A stretch of 64,000 nt of DNA, from positions 32,001 through 96,000 of the IMG/VR virus record IMGVR_UViG_3300027896_000001. One strand, 5' to 3'. Shown one piece after another: positions 22,436-31,469 of the stretch; positions within the stretch are counted from its first letter, which is position 1; each line of letters starts with the position of its first letter. The translations under genes were made by a program, and so were the position numbers. The notes under the pieces were generated by a model that was not told the origin of the DNA, made no database searches, and saw nothing but the letters and a program-made list of their open reading frames with translations. Origin of the DNA: a virus.

Positions 22436-22864
22436 GTGTTTATGAAAAAGGAAGAATTAGCAGAAGTTGACAAGGAACAAAAATCAATAATTGCGGTTGC
22501 GTATCTTCTGCGCCATGTAGAACTACAACCCGAAGAAACAAAATCTTTATTCAAAAAGCTTGAAGAATACGATAAGGGCGCACGAAACATTCAAGCAACA
22601 ATCAGAGAAGCTCAAAAATCCATCACTGAACTGAGATCAAACATGGACCAGGTTATCGGTTCCATAACTGCCGTTTCAGAATTGATTTCAGAAAAAATTC
22701 CACCTGAAAAAATAGATGAATTCTGTCTTGCTTATACCCCGCCAATGGAAGTTCAAACTGCAATGAGGCGTCCTGTTCCAAGGCCTTCTGCAGAACCCGA
22801 CATGGCCGGGTCGACGGCAAAAAAACTTCCTCCTATGCAGCCTCTTAAAGGAGACATTAAATGA
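22436..22864 (+). CDS. Hypothetical coiled-coil protein
   Basis: Strong AGGAGG RBS and heptad-like helix. Confidence 0.7.
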   Translation: MFMKKEELAEVDKEQKSIIAVAYLLRHVELQPEETKSLFKKLEEYDKGARNIQATIREAQKSITELRSNMDQVIGSITAVSELISEKIPPEKIDEFCLAYTPPMEVQTAMRRPVPRPSAEPDMAGSTAKKLPPMQPLKGDIK

Positions 22865-23865
22865 GGAGAGTAAACATAAAAAGCGGTCTGAAACAACGTC
22901 TTCCTGATATTCTGGGAACTGACGGCGCTTTTGTTGCTAATGACGCCGTGGCAGAACAGGATATCTTTGAACTTAATCCATGGTCAATTCAGGCCGCGTT
23001 GCTTTCCAATATTGAAAGACTTGTAAAAGCAGTTGTTGGAGATTCATCTACGGGCAGGCCCATGCAGGGCCTGCTTTTATCAAAAGTTACAGCGTATCAG
23101 TATCAAGTAAGCGCAGGATATGGATTCACTCCTGATGGAAAAATCATAACAATTGGATCGTCATTTACTATGTCTGTTCCAATACCATCAGGTGATTTTT
23201 ATGTTTATTTAAAACATTCTTTAGCAATAGCGCCGGAAGCAAACCATGTTTATGGAAAAAATACCACATTTGTAGCAGAGACAACCAGAAAAGAACTTGT
23301 CATAGATGATTTCGGCGAAGTACATAAAACAGACATTGTAAATTATTTGAACGATATAGTTGAAGCTGGAGATGAAAAACAGGATTGTACCGGATATGTT
23401 TATCTTGGAAAAATAACTGTAGCAGGAGGACAAGGAATAGTAGCAGATTCTGACATCATAAACAATCCCAATAGAGGATTGCAAAATGATGTTGTAAATA
23501 CCGTCGCTGCACAAGTAATTTCTGAACTTGGAGAAACAATATTATCCGGAAATTTTTCAGCCACTTCTCACACTTCAGAAGAGATTAATTTACCTTCTGG
23601 ATATTATTTTACCAATTGTATTATTATTGCCGCTCATGTCGTTCTTCCAAGTTATGATGTAGATAATCCAGGTGATACCACGGCAAAAAAAAGAATGCTT
23701 CCCTTTTTATGGACTGATTATGAAGATACAGGATCTCTTGTAATTGTTTCTGCAACATTATTAGATACCGATAAAATACGAATTTATGCAAATAAGCACA
23801 ATGGGAGCACTAATATAGACCTTAATGGTGGATCATATACTTTTGTTTTAAAGAAAATTTCTTAA
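22861..23865 (+). CDS. Hypothetical structural protein (tail/baseplate-like)
   Basis: 334 aa. The 'YQVSAGYGFTPDGKII' segment resembles phage tail/fibre attachment proteins (weak). Confidence 0.55.
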   Translation: MRRVNIKSGLKQRLPDILGTDGAFVANDAVAEQDIFELNPWSIQAALLSNIERLVKAVVGDSSTGRPMQGLLLSKVTAYQYQVSAGYGFTPDGKIITIGSSFTMSVPIPSGDFYVYLKHSLAIAPEANHVYGKNTTFVAETTRKELVIDDFGEVHKTDIVNYLNDIVEAGDEKQDCTGYVYLGKITVAGGQGIVADSDIINNPNRGLQNDVVNTVAAQVISELGETILSGNFSATSHTSEEINLPSGYYFTNCIIIAAHVVLPSYDVDNPGDTTAKKRMLPFLWTDYEDTGSLVIVSATLLDTDKIRIYANKHNGSTNIDLNGGSYTFVLKKIS

Positions 23866-23892
23866 TATAAACGTTAACGACGGAGCAAACCA

Positions 23893-24570
23893 ATGAAATA
23901 CGCCATTGATGGAAAGTATCCTATTGAGACCAAAGATCAGCTGGAAAAAACAGCTGCCTATTTTGACAAGTTTCTTCCAAGATTTCATCCAAAAGACAGA
24001 ATTAAAATAGCCTCAACGATGGAAAAGCGCGCGGAAGAACTTGGTGTAAACCTGACTCGTGACTGGATAACAAATTATTCAAGGCCGTTAAGAGGAACGG
24101 CCACGGTGTCTCCGGATTTCGAACGCAATATTGAAATGCGAAAACAGGCATGCGCAGGAAAAACACTTACAATTTCAGGGCAACCGGTTAAAGCTGAAGT
24201 GCTACTGGAAAAAATCGCAACCAGCATAAACGAGCATGGTACTTTTGTCATTGTCGATGAATTGTTCAGTTTTGACAAATTGGCCGGCCTCGAATATCAA
24301 TGGGACAAATCCATTGTCGACCCGGTAATGACGGTTTTCGGAAGCCTTTCCAATCCCGAGTATGATGCGGTTAAAATATTCGATAATATAACAAATTACG
24401 GAATAAAGAAACTGGCAGTAATGGGCGGCGAAGTTGCCAGAGTTCTCACACAACGCCTGGGTAAAGACACGACAAAAGCCTTCCTTAGAGATCCCGAAGA
24501 AGCAATGCACAAACTCAACGATGATCAAAAAACAGTCGCAAGAGACGTATTGCACCATTACGGAATGTAA
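23893..24570 (+). CDS. Hypothetical protein (head module)
   Basis: 225-aa ORF upstream of the putative portal. Confidence 0.65.
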   Translation: MKYAIDGKYPIETKDQLEKTAAYFDKFLPRFHPKDRIKIASTMEKRAEELGVNLTRDWITNYSRPLRGTATVSPDFERNIEMRKQACAGKTLTISGQPVKAEVLLEKIATSINEHGTFVIVDELFSFDKLAGLEYQWDKSIVDPVMTVFGSLSNPEYDAVKIFDNITNYGIKKLAVMGGEVARVLTQRLGKDTTKAFLRDPEEAMHKLNDDQKTVARDVLHHYGM

Positions 24571-24572
24571 TA

Positions 24573-25316
24573 ATGCAAAAATTATCTCAGTCTTTATTAG
24601 ATGCCCAAATTATCGGCAATAAAGAAGAAGCCGATAAAATAAAGGCACAAATAGACGAAAGATTCAAGGGCGCTCTTCCTAAGCCAAAAGAAAATATTGT
24701 CCGTTTCAATACTATTTTAAATGACGACAGAGCCCCGGCAAAAAAAGTATATATCTTTTTAAACAGCGAACTCGGAACAAACTGGTGGGAATGGGAGATG
24801 GAGACGGTCGATAGATTGCTCTGGATGAAATTCGGAATAGCTATTGAAGATATTAACCGGGATAAAATTTTTGCAATAAGACATCTGTGTCGAAGCGATC
24901 TTGCTTTTAATGATTGGTGGGAATTCAATCAACTTGCTCTTTCATTTTCAGGAAGTATTGCTGATTTTGATATGATACGAAAGCCATCAATCGGAATGGT
25001 TATCAATGCCGTCAAAACCATGAACATGATACGCCCTGAAAGACAATGGGTTTTCGGAAAAGATGTCATTTCTTATATTTGTATTCTTTTAAAAGAAGAT
25101 GGAATTTACGCTCCTCCTCCATCACTTGTAAACTTAATAGAAGAAAAATTTGTAACAATGATTTCTACGGAACTGCAACAAAAGTGGCCGCTTATTAAGG
25201 CCCGTTATATGGAACTTGTTGAAGAAAAAAATACCGATATTAAAGAAGATGTTGTTGATATACAGGCTCGCAGGATTTTTTCTGCTGAAGCCGCATCTGT
25301 TTCTTATGGCGCATAG
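24573..25316 (+). CDS. Hypothetical protein (head module)
   Basis: 247-aa ORF tightly coupled to its neighbours. Confidence 0.65.
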   Translation: MQKLSQSLLDAQIIGNKEEADKIKAQIDERFKGALPKPKENIVRFNTILNDDRAPAKKVYIFLNSELGTNWWEWEMETVDRLLWMKFGIAIEDINRDKIFAIRHLCRSDLAFNDWWEFNQLALSFSGSIADFDMIRKPSIGMVINAVKTMNMIRPERQWVFGKDVISYICILLKEDGIYAPPPSLVNLIEEKFVTMISTELQQKWPLIKARYMELVEEKNTDIKEDVVDIQARRIFSAEAASVSYGA

Positions 25317-25324
25317 GGGATTAT

Positions 25325-27439
25325 ATGTATGAAGATGTAGGCGGCGGTACTATAATATCTCCTGCTACTGGAACGGGATTGCAGGGTGGAGGAAACATTC
25401 AGGTTTCTTTTTCCCGTGGCAGCATCCGTTACGACAGCCCTTTTCTGGACATGACGTCTACATTTATTCCAAGAACAATTAAAGGAATTCTTAAATTTAT
25501 TGCCGCTTATGTATGCAGTGACGGATTGTTAAGTCAATGCATAGCAAAAATGAGTGAATATCCAATTACGAATCTTATTTATAAAGATGATGACCCCTCT
25601 GCGCTTAATGATGATGAAACAATAAAAAAATGGAAAAATATTCTTGAAAATTCGATGGGAATTCTTCGTTCTCTTAAACAGGCGGGAATGGATTATCATG
25701 CATATGGAAATTCAATTGTTTCCATAAATTATCCTTTTAAAAGAATGCTGCTATGTCCAAGATGCAAGAAAAAGCATACCGCGGACGGCTTAAAAGTTAA
25801 ATTTGAAATGTTTAAATTTAAAGCGAAATGTCCAAATTTGAAATGCGGATATGAAGGAGAAATGGATGCAACCGATCTTAATACAAAAGAAATCAGCAAA
25901 CTCGGGATTGTACATTGGGATATTCTTTACATAGATATTAAATACAATTCAATTACCGGAGACCATTTTTATTACTATACAATTCCTGCCGATCTTCAAT
26001 TTGCGATTCGGCGCGGAGATATGGACATTGTAAACGGAACACGTCTTGAAATTATTCGAGCTGTTGAAAAGCGAAAACAATTAAAATTGATGGCTGATAA
26101 TGTGTTCCATCTTAAACGTCCGGCGCCACAATACATCGTGCCTGGTGAAAGAGGATGGGGAATTCCTGCCGTCATGCCTGTGCTCAAGGATGTATTTCAT
26201 ACGAAGGTTCTGAAAAAAGGAAACGAGATGATCGCATTTGATCATATCGTTCCGCTTCGTATTTTGTTTCCGGAAGGCACTGGAGACGTAAGCCCTCATG
26301 CGACAATTAATCTTTCCGATTGGCGCGCGAAAATTGAACAAGAAATACGTCGATGGAGAAGTGACCCCAACTACATATCGATAGTTCCCATTCCTCTTGG
26401 AATGCAAAATTTCAGTGGGGACGCTCGCTTGTTAATGGTGACGCCTGAAATAAAAGCAACAGAAGATACAATAATCACTGGTATGGGTGTAATACCTGAG
26501 ATTATTCGTGGAGGAGCATCGTGGTCTGGAAGTAATGTATCCCTTCGAGTGATTGAAAACAGTTTTATCAATCATCGTACCGATATGCACAGCATGATAG
26601 ATTTTATTGTTAAAAATGTATCCAGTTTTATGGGGATACCGAAAATCAGCATCAAGATGGCTGATTTTAAAATGGCAGACGATCTTGAAAAGAAAAAGTT
26701 GATGATTCAAATAGCCAGTCAAAGTGGAGCTGATTCTCTTGTTTCGAAAACTTCAGTCATGCGGGAACTTGATCTCGATCCTGATCAGGAATATAAAAAT
26801 ATTCAGGAAGACCTGAAACGCAGATTGGAATTGAAAGTTCAGGAAGCTGAAGGACAAGCAGAGGCTCAAGGAGCAGCCACGATCATTCAGGCCCTATATG
26901 CTGCCGACGCCCAGATAGAACAAAACAAACGGATGGAAATGAACCAGAATGAAGCTCTGCGGAAGCGTGATGAAGCCAACGCTAAACAAAGCCAGCAAAA
27001 TGCTCCTGGAGTACAACAGGATGTGGCTGCATTATCTCAAAAACGTGGACAAGACCCATCCATGGTATCCATACCGAACCTGATTCTTATCATTACTCAA
27101 AGGTTCGCAAAACTGGCACAATTTGATGTTGGTGAGTTTAAAATACGCATGCTGGCAATGAAAGCTGCGACTCCAAGTCTTTATGCAGAGGTTTATAAGA
27201 ACCTTAAAGAGATGAATCTTATAGCTTTAGATACATTACCTCAAGAACAAATAGAACAAATGGCTAAAAATCCCGCAGCTCAAGAGGGCGCCTTACCAAC
27301 TCACTCTCAAGGGGCAGACAACGCAGAAACGCCTGCAAGCCCTGCAGAAGCCGGGGCAGACCCAAACGTAGTTGCTGCTGAACCTGTTAGACAACTGCCT
27401 GAATCAAGGCCTCCACGTTCTTCTAAAGCCCCAATTTAG
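25325..27439 (+). CDS. Probable portal protein with inserted Cys4 zinc ribbon
   Basis: Portal-like order of motifs: SQCIAKMSEYPI, DYHAYGNSIV, NVFHLK, GWGIPAV, IITGMGVIPEII, then a coiled-coil C-terminus. CPRC…CPNLKC is inserted. Confidence 0.65.
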   Translation: MYEDVGGGTIISPATGTGLQGGGNIQVSFSRGSIRYDSPFLDMTSTFIPRTIKGILKFIAAYVCSDGLLSQCIAKMSEYPITNLIYKDDDPSALNDDETIKKWKNILENSMGILRSLKQAGMDYHAYGNSIVSINYPFKRMLLCPRCKKKHTADGLKVKFEMFKFKAKCPNLKCGYEGEMDATDLNTKEISKLGIVHWDILYIDIKYNSITGDHFYYYTIPADLQFAIRRGDMDIVNGTRLEIIRAVEKRKQLKLMADNVFHLKRPAPQYIVPGERGWGIPAVMPVLKDVFHTKVLKKGNEMIAFDHIVPLRILFPEGTGDVSPHATINLSDWRAKIEQEIRRWRSDPNYISIVPIPLGMQNFSGDARLLMVTPEIKATEDTIITGMGVIPEIIRGGASWSGSNVSLRVIENSFINHRTDMHSMIDFIVKNVSSFMGIPKISIKMADFKMADDLEKKKLMIQIASQSGADSLVSKTSVMRELDLDPDQEYKNIQEDLKRRLELKVQEAEGQAEAQGAATIIQALYAADAQIEQNKRMEMNQNEALRKRDEANAKQSQQNAPGVQQDVAALSQKRGQDPSMVSIPNLILIITQRFAKLAQFDVGEFKIRMLAMKAATPSLYAEVYKNLKEMNLIALDTLPQEQIEQMAKNPAAQEGALPTHSQGADNAETPASPAEAGADPNVVAAEPVRQLPESRPPRSSKAPI

Positions 27440-27573
27440 GGTTGCGGCCGCCACCCAGTCCTCCGCCGCGATCCGTGCGGTGGCCCAAAGTGGAGAAATC
27501 CATCTGGGCCACCCATTTATGTTCTAAATTGAGACATGATAGGTAAAAAAAAGTTCTGATGATGGGTAAAAAC

Positions 27574-27596
27574 AGGAACCCTTTCGGGTTCCTTTT
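27574..27596. terminator. Probable bidirectional intrinsic terminator between convergent blocks
   Basis: AGGAACCC-TTTC-GGGTTCCT hairpin with A-rich and T-rich flanks, at the +/- strand switch. Confidence 0.7.
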
Positions 27597-27623
27597 CCGG
27601 AATACGAAAATGGTTAGAAGACA

Positions 27624-27959
27624 TTATCCCACCGGCGTTCCCACCGACTGTTCCGACTGATACGGGTCAGAGTTCATTAACGCTTCGAGAACCGATTTTT
27701 CAAATGCTTTCAGAGAATTTGTCTCCAAAACCACACCGGTCTCATCGAGAATTCTGAACAATGTTTTAGGGTCAACCTCCAGATTACACACCTTTCCACC
27801 ATAACACGAATGAATAATAACTTCATTTGTTTTCTGGCCTCCAGGTTTTCCTCCGGCAGAAGGTTTACCATACCTGCAATCAATCGAGCCAATCGATGAA
27901 AATGGGACTATGAATGTCTTCATACCATTTTCGCCCAATTGGATTATGTGCAGTACCAT
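27624..27959 (-). CDS. Hypothetical protein
   Basis: ORF track. The true start may be the internal MKTFIV. Confidence 0.55.
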   Translation of the reverse strand: MVLHIIQLGENGMKTFIVPFSSIGSIDCRYGKPSAGGKPGGQKTNEVIIHSCYGGKVCNLEVDPKTLFRILDETGVVLETNSLKAFEKSVLEALMNSDPYQSEQSVGTPVG

Positions 27960-28051
27960 ACATGTTCTTCTTTCCTTTTTTGGTTAAATCAAGGGAGAAT
28001 TTCTTCTCCCTTGATTTTCTTTACACTCGATTGATAGAAACGCTCGGAAGA

Positions 28052-28528
28052 TCAGTTGCCTTTGACGACTTGGCTGCAAATGACGCGTACTTTGCCACTC
28101 GACGGCCTTTGCAGAACGTAATCGATTTTTACAGGCTCGTTAACGCCGGCAATCCTGAATTCGAAAGCAGGATCGCCGTTGGCCCGGAAAAACGATGAAC
28201 GGTCAGCGTCGGGAAGCTGATCAAGAGTTTGTTTGATGGTATACCCGTCCATGGCGGGGAGGGTTATCCCCCTCCCTCCGCCAAGACGGAGAATTTCGAC
28301 CTCGAACGGGTCCAGGTTGCCCTTGACCATTTTGGAGATATAGATCACATCGCCATCGTACAAGGTCGTGTCAAGGTAAACGCGTTCCTGCCGGCGAGTT
28401 ACCTCGCCTTCGACGAATTCCCGTTCAGCCTGTTCGAAGAGTTTTTCCACCGTCGAATTCGGTTCGAGGGCGAAACTTTGAATCTCCGTATTCAGCTGAA
28501 CAATTTTTACTACGATATGATTTGGCAT
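28052..28528 (-). CDS. Tandem ubiquitin-like (beta-grasp) protein, two domains each ending VKGN
   Basis: STVEKLF…LYDGDVIYISKMVKGN and …VRVICSQVVKGN. Directly downstream of an E1. Confidence 0.75.
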   Translation of the reverse strand: MPNHIVVKIVQLNTEIQSFALEPNSTVEKLFEQAEREFVEGEVTRRQERVYLDTTLYDGDVIYISKMVKGNLDPFEVEILRLGGGRGITLPAMDGYTIKQTLDQLPDADRSSFFRANGDPAFEFRIAGVNEPVKIDYVLQRPSSGKVRVICSQVVKGN

Positions 28529-28564
28529 GATTTAATACCCTTTCCAGTATTTTGTTGTTATTAA

Positions 28565-29347
28565 TTACATCACTTCTGTTGAAATTGGCATAGCTAATAC
28601 TGGTTCTTCGCCGAAACATCGTAGATAGAACGTTTCAGGATATAGAGAGAATTGAACTTCATTCCACTGCATATAACCCTGATCTTTTCCACCTCTGATA
28701 TTATCGTCTCCGTACCGCATATTAAAATGTTGAATTATTCTTCCAACTGCAAGACTTGACAAAAAACTTACAGTTGAAACTATTGACTGACTTGTTCCGC
28801 ATAAGGAATTTTCAGCGACGTCATCGGAATACAACGTCTTTTTCCACTCTTCAACGTGCGCACCATTGTTCGGGTTAAACGAATAGATCCGACCATCTTT
28901 CAAACCCATTCTCGTTTCTACCAACAAATCAGTATTAAACGGGAATCGCAAGTGTTTGTCGAAGATTTCCTTCCTGCTCGACATTGTGTCAGTTAGCAAG
29001 AAAACGTAAGTGGATCTTAATAGATCCGAGTTGGTTTTGTCATCAACCATCTGATTGTAAGCCTCGATTTTGAAGCCGCATTTTCTTAAAATTATTTCAT
29101 TAAGGGCCTCAACTTTGGGCTTTCCTATGTGGCCTTCCTCATAAATCTGATTGGCTAGATTGTGAGGCTCGACCTTATCTCCATCGAACACACGTAATAC
29201 TCCCTGGCCATGGGCGGCGTCTCCCCAACCCATTTGGGCAAGAAGTAGCGCGACATACGAACCGGTCGCGCCGACCCCAATCAAGGAAATTGATTTATCT
29301 TTAATTTGTTTAGGATCGAGGAGCCCAGATTGGCGTGAATAATCCAT
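28565..29347 (-). CDS. ThiF/E1-like Ubl-activating enzyme
   Basis: YSRQ, GVGATGS (GxGxxG), DGDKVEPHNLANQ, GKPKVEAL, LTDTMSSR; candidate catalytic Cys in SLCGT. Confidence 0.9.
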   Translation of the reverse strand: MDYSRQSGLLDPKQIKDKSISLIGVGATGSYVALLLAQMGWGDAAHGQGVLRVFDGDKVEPHNLANQIYEEGHIGKPKVEALNEIILRKCGFKIEAYNQMVDDKTNSDLLRSTYVFLLTDTMSSRKEIFDKHLRFPFNTDLLVETRMGLKDGRIYSFNPNNGAHVEEWKKTLYSDDVAENSLCGTSQSIVSTVSFLSSLAVGRIIQHFNMRYGDDNIRGGKDQGYMQWNEVQFSLYPETFYLRCFGEEPVLAMPISTEVM

Positions 29348-29348
29348 G

Positions 29349-30230
29349 TCAGAACTCCTCGTACCGTTCCATCATTCGTTTTACTTCTGCTTCCGTGGCT
29401 TCCGGGTGCAAGCCACGGTACATTTCATCTTCTTCATCCATCGCTCCTCCATTAAATTGTGGAGGTGTAGCTCCCGGAAACACCTTCGGAAGAGGAGCGC
29501 GATAATCATCACGATGATAAACAAATGGAGCCGTGTAACTTGTCGGCTCAGGAGGTATATTAATTTTTTTAAGTTCTTCGATTTTTTCTTTTATTTTTTC
29601 AGATTCCGGATCAGCTGTGCATGCTTCCATGATTTTTGCAAGTTTCAATCCATGGGCAAGGTTTGAATCCAGAACTCCTTTAATTTCTGTAAGCTTTTGT
29701 GTTAATAATGTTTCGTTGTCGAATTCCTCGGCAGACCAAACAATATTGTCAAATCTTATTTGTTTTGCATAGTCAAAGAATGAAACCGACATTAATCCGT
29801 CATTGTTAACGATAACCCTGATAACATCGGCTTTTGTCGAAGACATTCTTTCCAATGCTTGTGTATCGTCTTGACCTGAAGCGAACACTCCCATTGAATG
29901 ATGGGAATGTCCCCATAACATCATTTTACTTATATCTTCTTCGCGGCCATGTGAAAGAAGCCATTCTATTAATTTCGCTTCTCCCTCAGAGGATATCTCA
30001 CACGTAGCGGCTGACGCTAATTGGTGTTTGGGATAGAAAATATCTCTGACAAAATAAGAATATTCCGCAACCTTGTCGACAACCCCATAAAACCCAATTT
30101 CATGGGCATGTAAATCGACAAGGTTTTCAATCCATTTCAGGGAAAGCCGTGAGAAAACGATCGTCGGGGGAGTCTTTCTCTCAGGCTTTAAAATTATATA
30201 TGTTGGTGCTGTTTGCGTGTTCTTCATCAT
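29349..30230 (-). CDS. JAB/JAMM metallopeptidase (deubiquitinase-like)
   Basis: HEIGFYG (catalytic Glu) and WGHSHHSMGVFASGQD, matching HxH-x7-S-x2-D. Confidence 0.85.
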   Translation of the reverse strand: MMKNTQTAPTYIILKPERKTPPTIVFSRLSLKWIENLVDLHAHEIGFYGVVDKVAEYSYFVRDIFYPKHQLASAATCEISSEGEAKLIEWLLSHGREEDISKMMLWGHSHHSMGVFASGQDDTQALERMSSTKADVIRVIVNNDGLMSVSFFDYAKQIRFDNIVWSAEEFDNETLLTQKLTEIKGVLDSNLAHGLKLAKIMEACTADPESEKIKEKIEELKKINIPPEPTSYTAPFVYHRDDYRAPLPKVFPGATPPQFNGGAMDEEDEMYRGLHPEATEAEVKRMMERYEEF

Positions 30231-31453
30231 TGTGCGGCCGCCACTTCAACCTGTTCATGATAAAGTGGAAAATATTTTGCATGGCATCCCCACCCGTCAT
30301 CAAGATCAGGATTTTTGATAAATCTGATTAATATTTCTGAAGCCATGACAATGTCTTTTTTAGAAAAAGCGGTAAACAGTTGTTCAAACGCTTTTCCAAA
30401 ACAAACATCTCCACCATGTATGATATGACCGCCGTCCCAAGCTTCGCCGCCATATTCAATGTGGCGAGTCCTGTTTTTGATCTTTATCAGATCATGAGGG
30501 ATTTGTCCTGAGGAAAGTTCGCACAATAGGATGTTTGAATTTATTAGGATTTCGTATTTTCCAAGGTCGTATCGATTGCCGTTATTCAACACCTCTGTTA
30601 TCATATTTTTAGTCAGCAAAACGATATTTCCTGTAACATCTACATAGACTTCTTCGAGGAGGTTGTCCTCTGAATTAAGTTGGTTTATTTGTGCCAATAT
30701 TTTTTCTATTTGAGGATTGGCATTAATTGGTTTTGATAATGTTTCTATTTCGTTTTGAAGAACAATCATTCTTGAAGAAAGTTTACTGAGTTCCGCGATT
30801 CTTTCAAATAATATATTGCTTGCTGACGCCATTTGATTACGCATTGCTTTTGCAAGAATAACAGAAACTATTCCTGTGTCAGCCTTTTGATGAGCCGGAA
30901 GCAATGTCGAATATTCTTTAATAACAGCCTCTTCGCTATAATCATCTTCTTCATTGTTTCGTGGGCCATCGTCTTCACGAAGAATTGGACCACGCCGGCG
31001 CACTGTTATCGCAATATTTCCTGGTGGCGGAACAGGATGCGTTCTTTGTAGCGGAACAGGATCTGTTCTTTGTGGCGGAACAGGATGTGTTCTGCCCATA
31101 TCCAGGCCTCTTTCACGTACAGGTTCTTCAGGCTGTGGAGGCAATCCTTGCACAGCCACGTACGGGCCTTCATCCATTTCTCTTGCAGGAGCGACTTCTT
31201 CTTGCGGAGCTTCTTGGGGAGCTACATTAATATAAAAAGTATCTCCTTCTCCGCCGCTAAGAACTAATGCGCCATCTGCATGAGACGAATATTGGTTTTC
31301 AATTATGTCAGCAACCTCGTCTATATGAGCACTATCAATATCAATAACAAGATCGCTGCCGATTTGTTGCATTCCTTTCGAATATTGGAAAATATCGGAA
31401 GTTACATTGTTTATGTTAATTCCTGTATTTCCCTTAATCATTAATATGGCCAT
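30227..31453 (-). CDS. Coiled-coil plus C-terminal E2/UBC-like domain protein
   Basis: GHIIHGGDVCFG…ILIRFIKNPDLDD resembles UBC HPN…GxIC…PN. Paralogous to the upstream ORF. Confidence 0.6.
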   Translation of the reverse strand: MAILMIKGNTGININNVTSDIFQYSKGMQQIGSDLVIDIDSAHIDEVADIIENQYSSHADGALVLSGGEGDTFYINVAPQEAPQEEVAPAREMDEGPYVAVQGLPPQPEEPVRERGLDMGRTHPVPPQRTDPVPLQRTHPVPPPGNIAITVRRRGPILREDDGPRNNEEDDYSEEAVIKEYSTLLPAHQKADTGIVSVILAKAMRNQMASASNILFERIAELSKLSSRMIVLQNEIETLSKPINANPQIEKILAQINQLNSEDNLLEEVYVDVTGNIVLLTKNMITEVLNNGNRYDLGKYEILINSNILLCELSSGQIPHDLIKIKNRTRHIEYGGEAWDGGHIIHGGDVCFGKAFEQLFTAFSKKDIVMASEILIRFIKNPDLDDGWGCHAKYFPLYHEQVEVAAAQ

Positions 31454-31469
31454 GCAGACTCCTTTGCAG

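Noticed and set aside
28565-29347. Thiamine/molybdopterin biosynthesis ThiF/MoeB
   Set aside because: There are no thi or moa genes, and the neighbours are JAB, E2-like and Ubl genes, pointing to protein conjugation.
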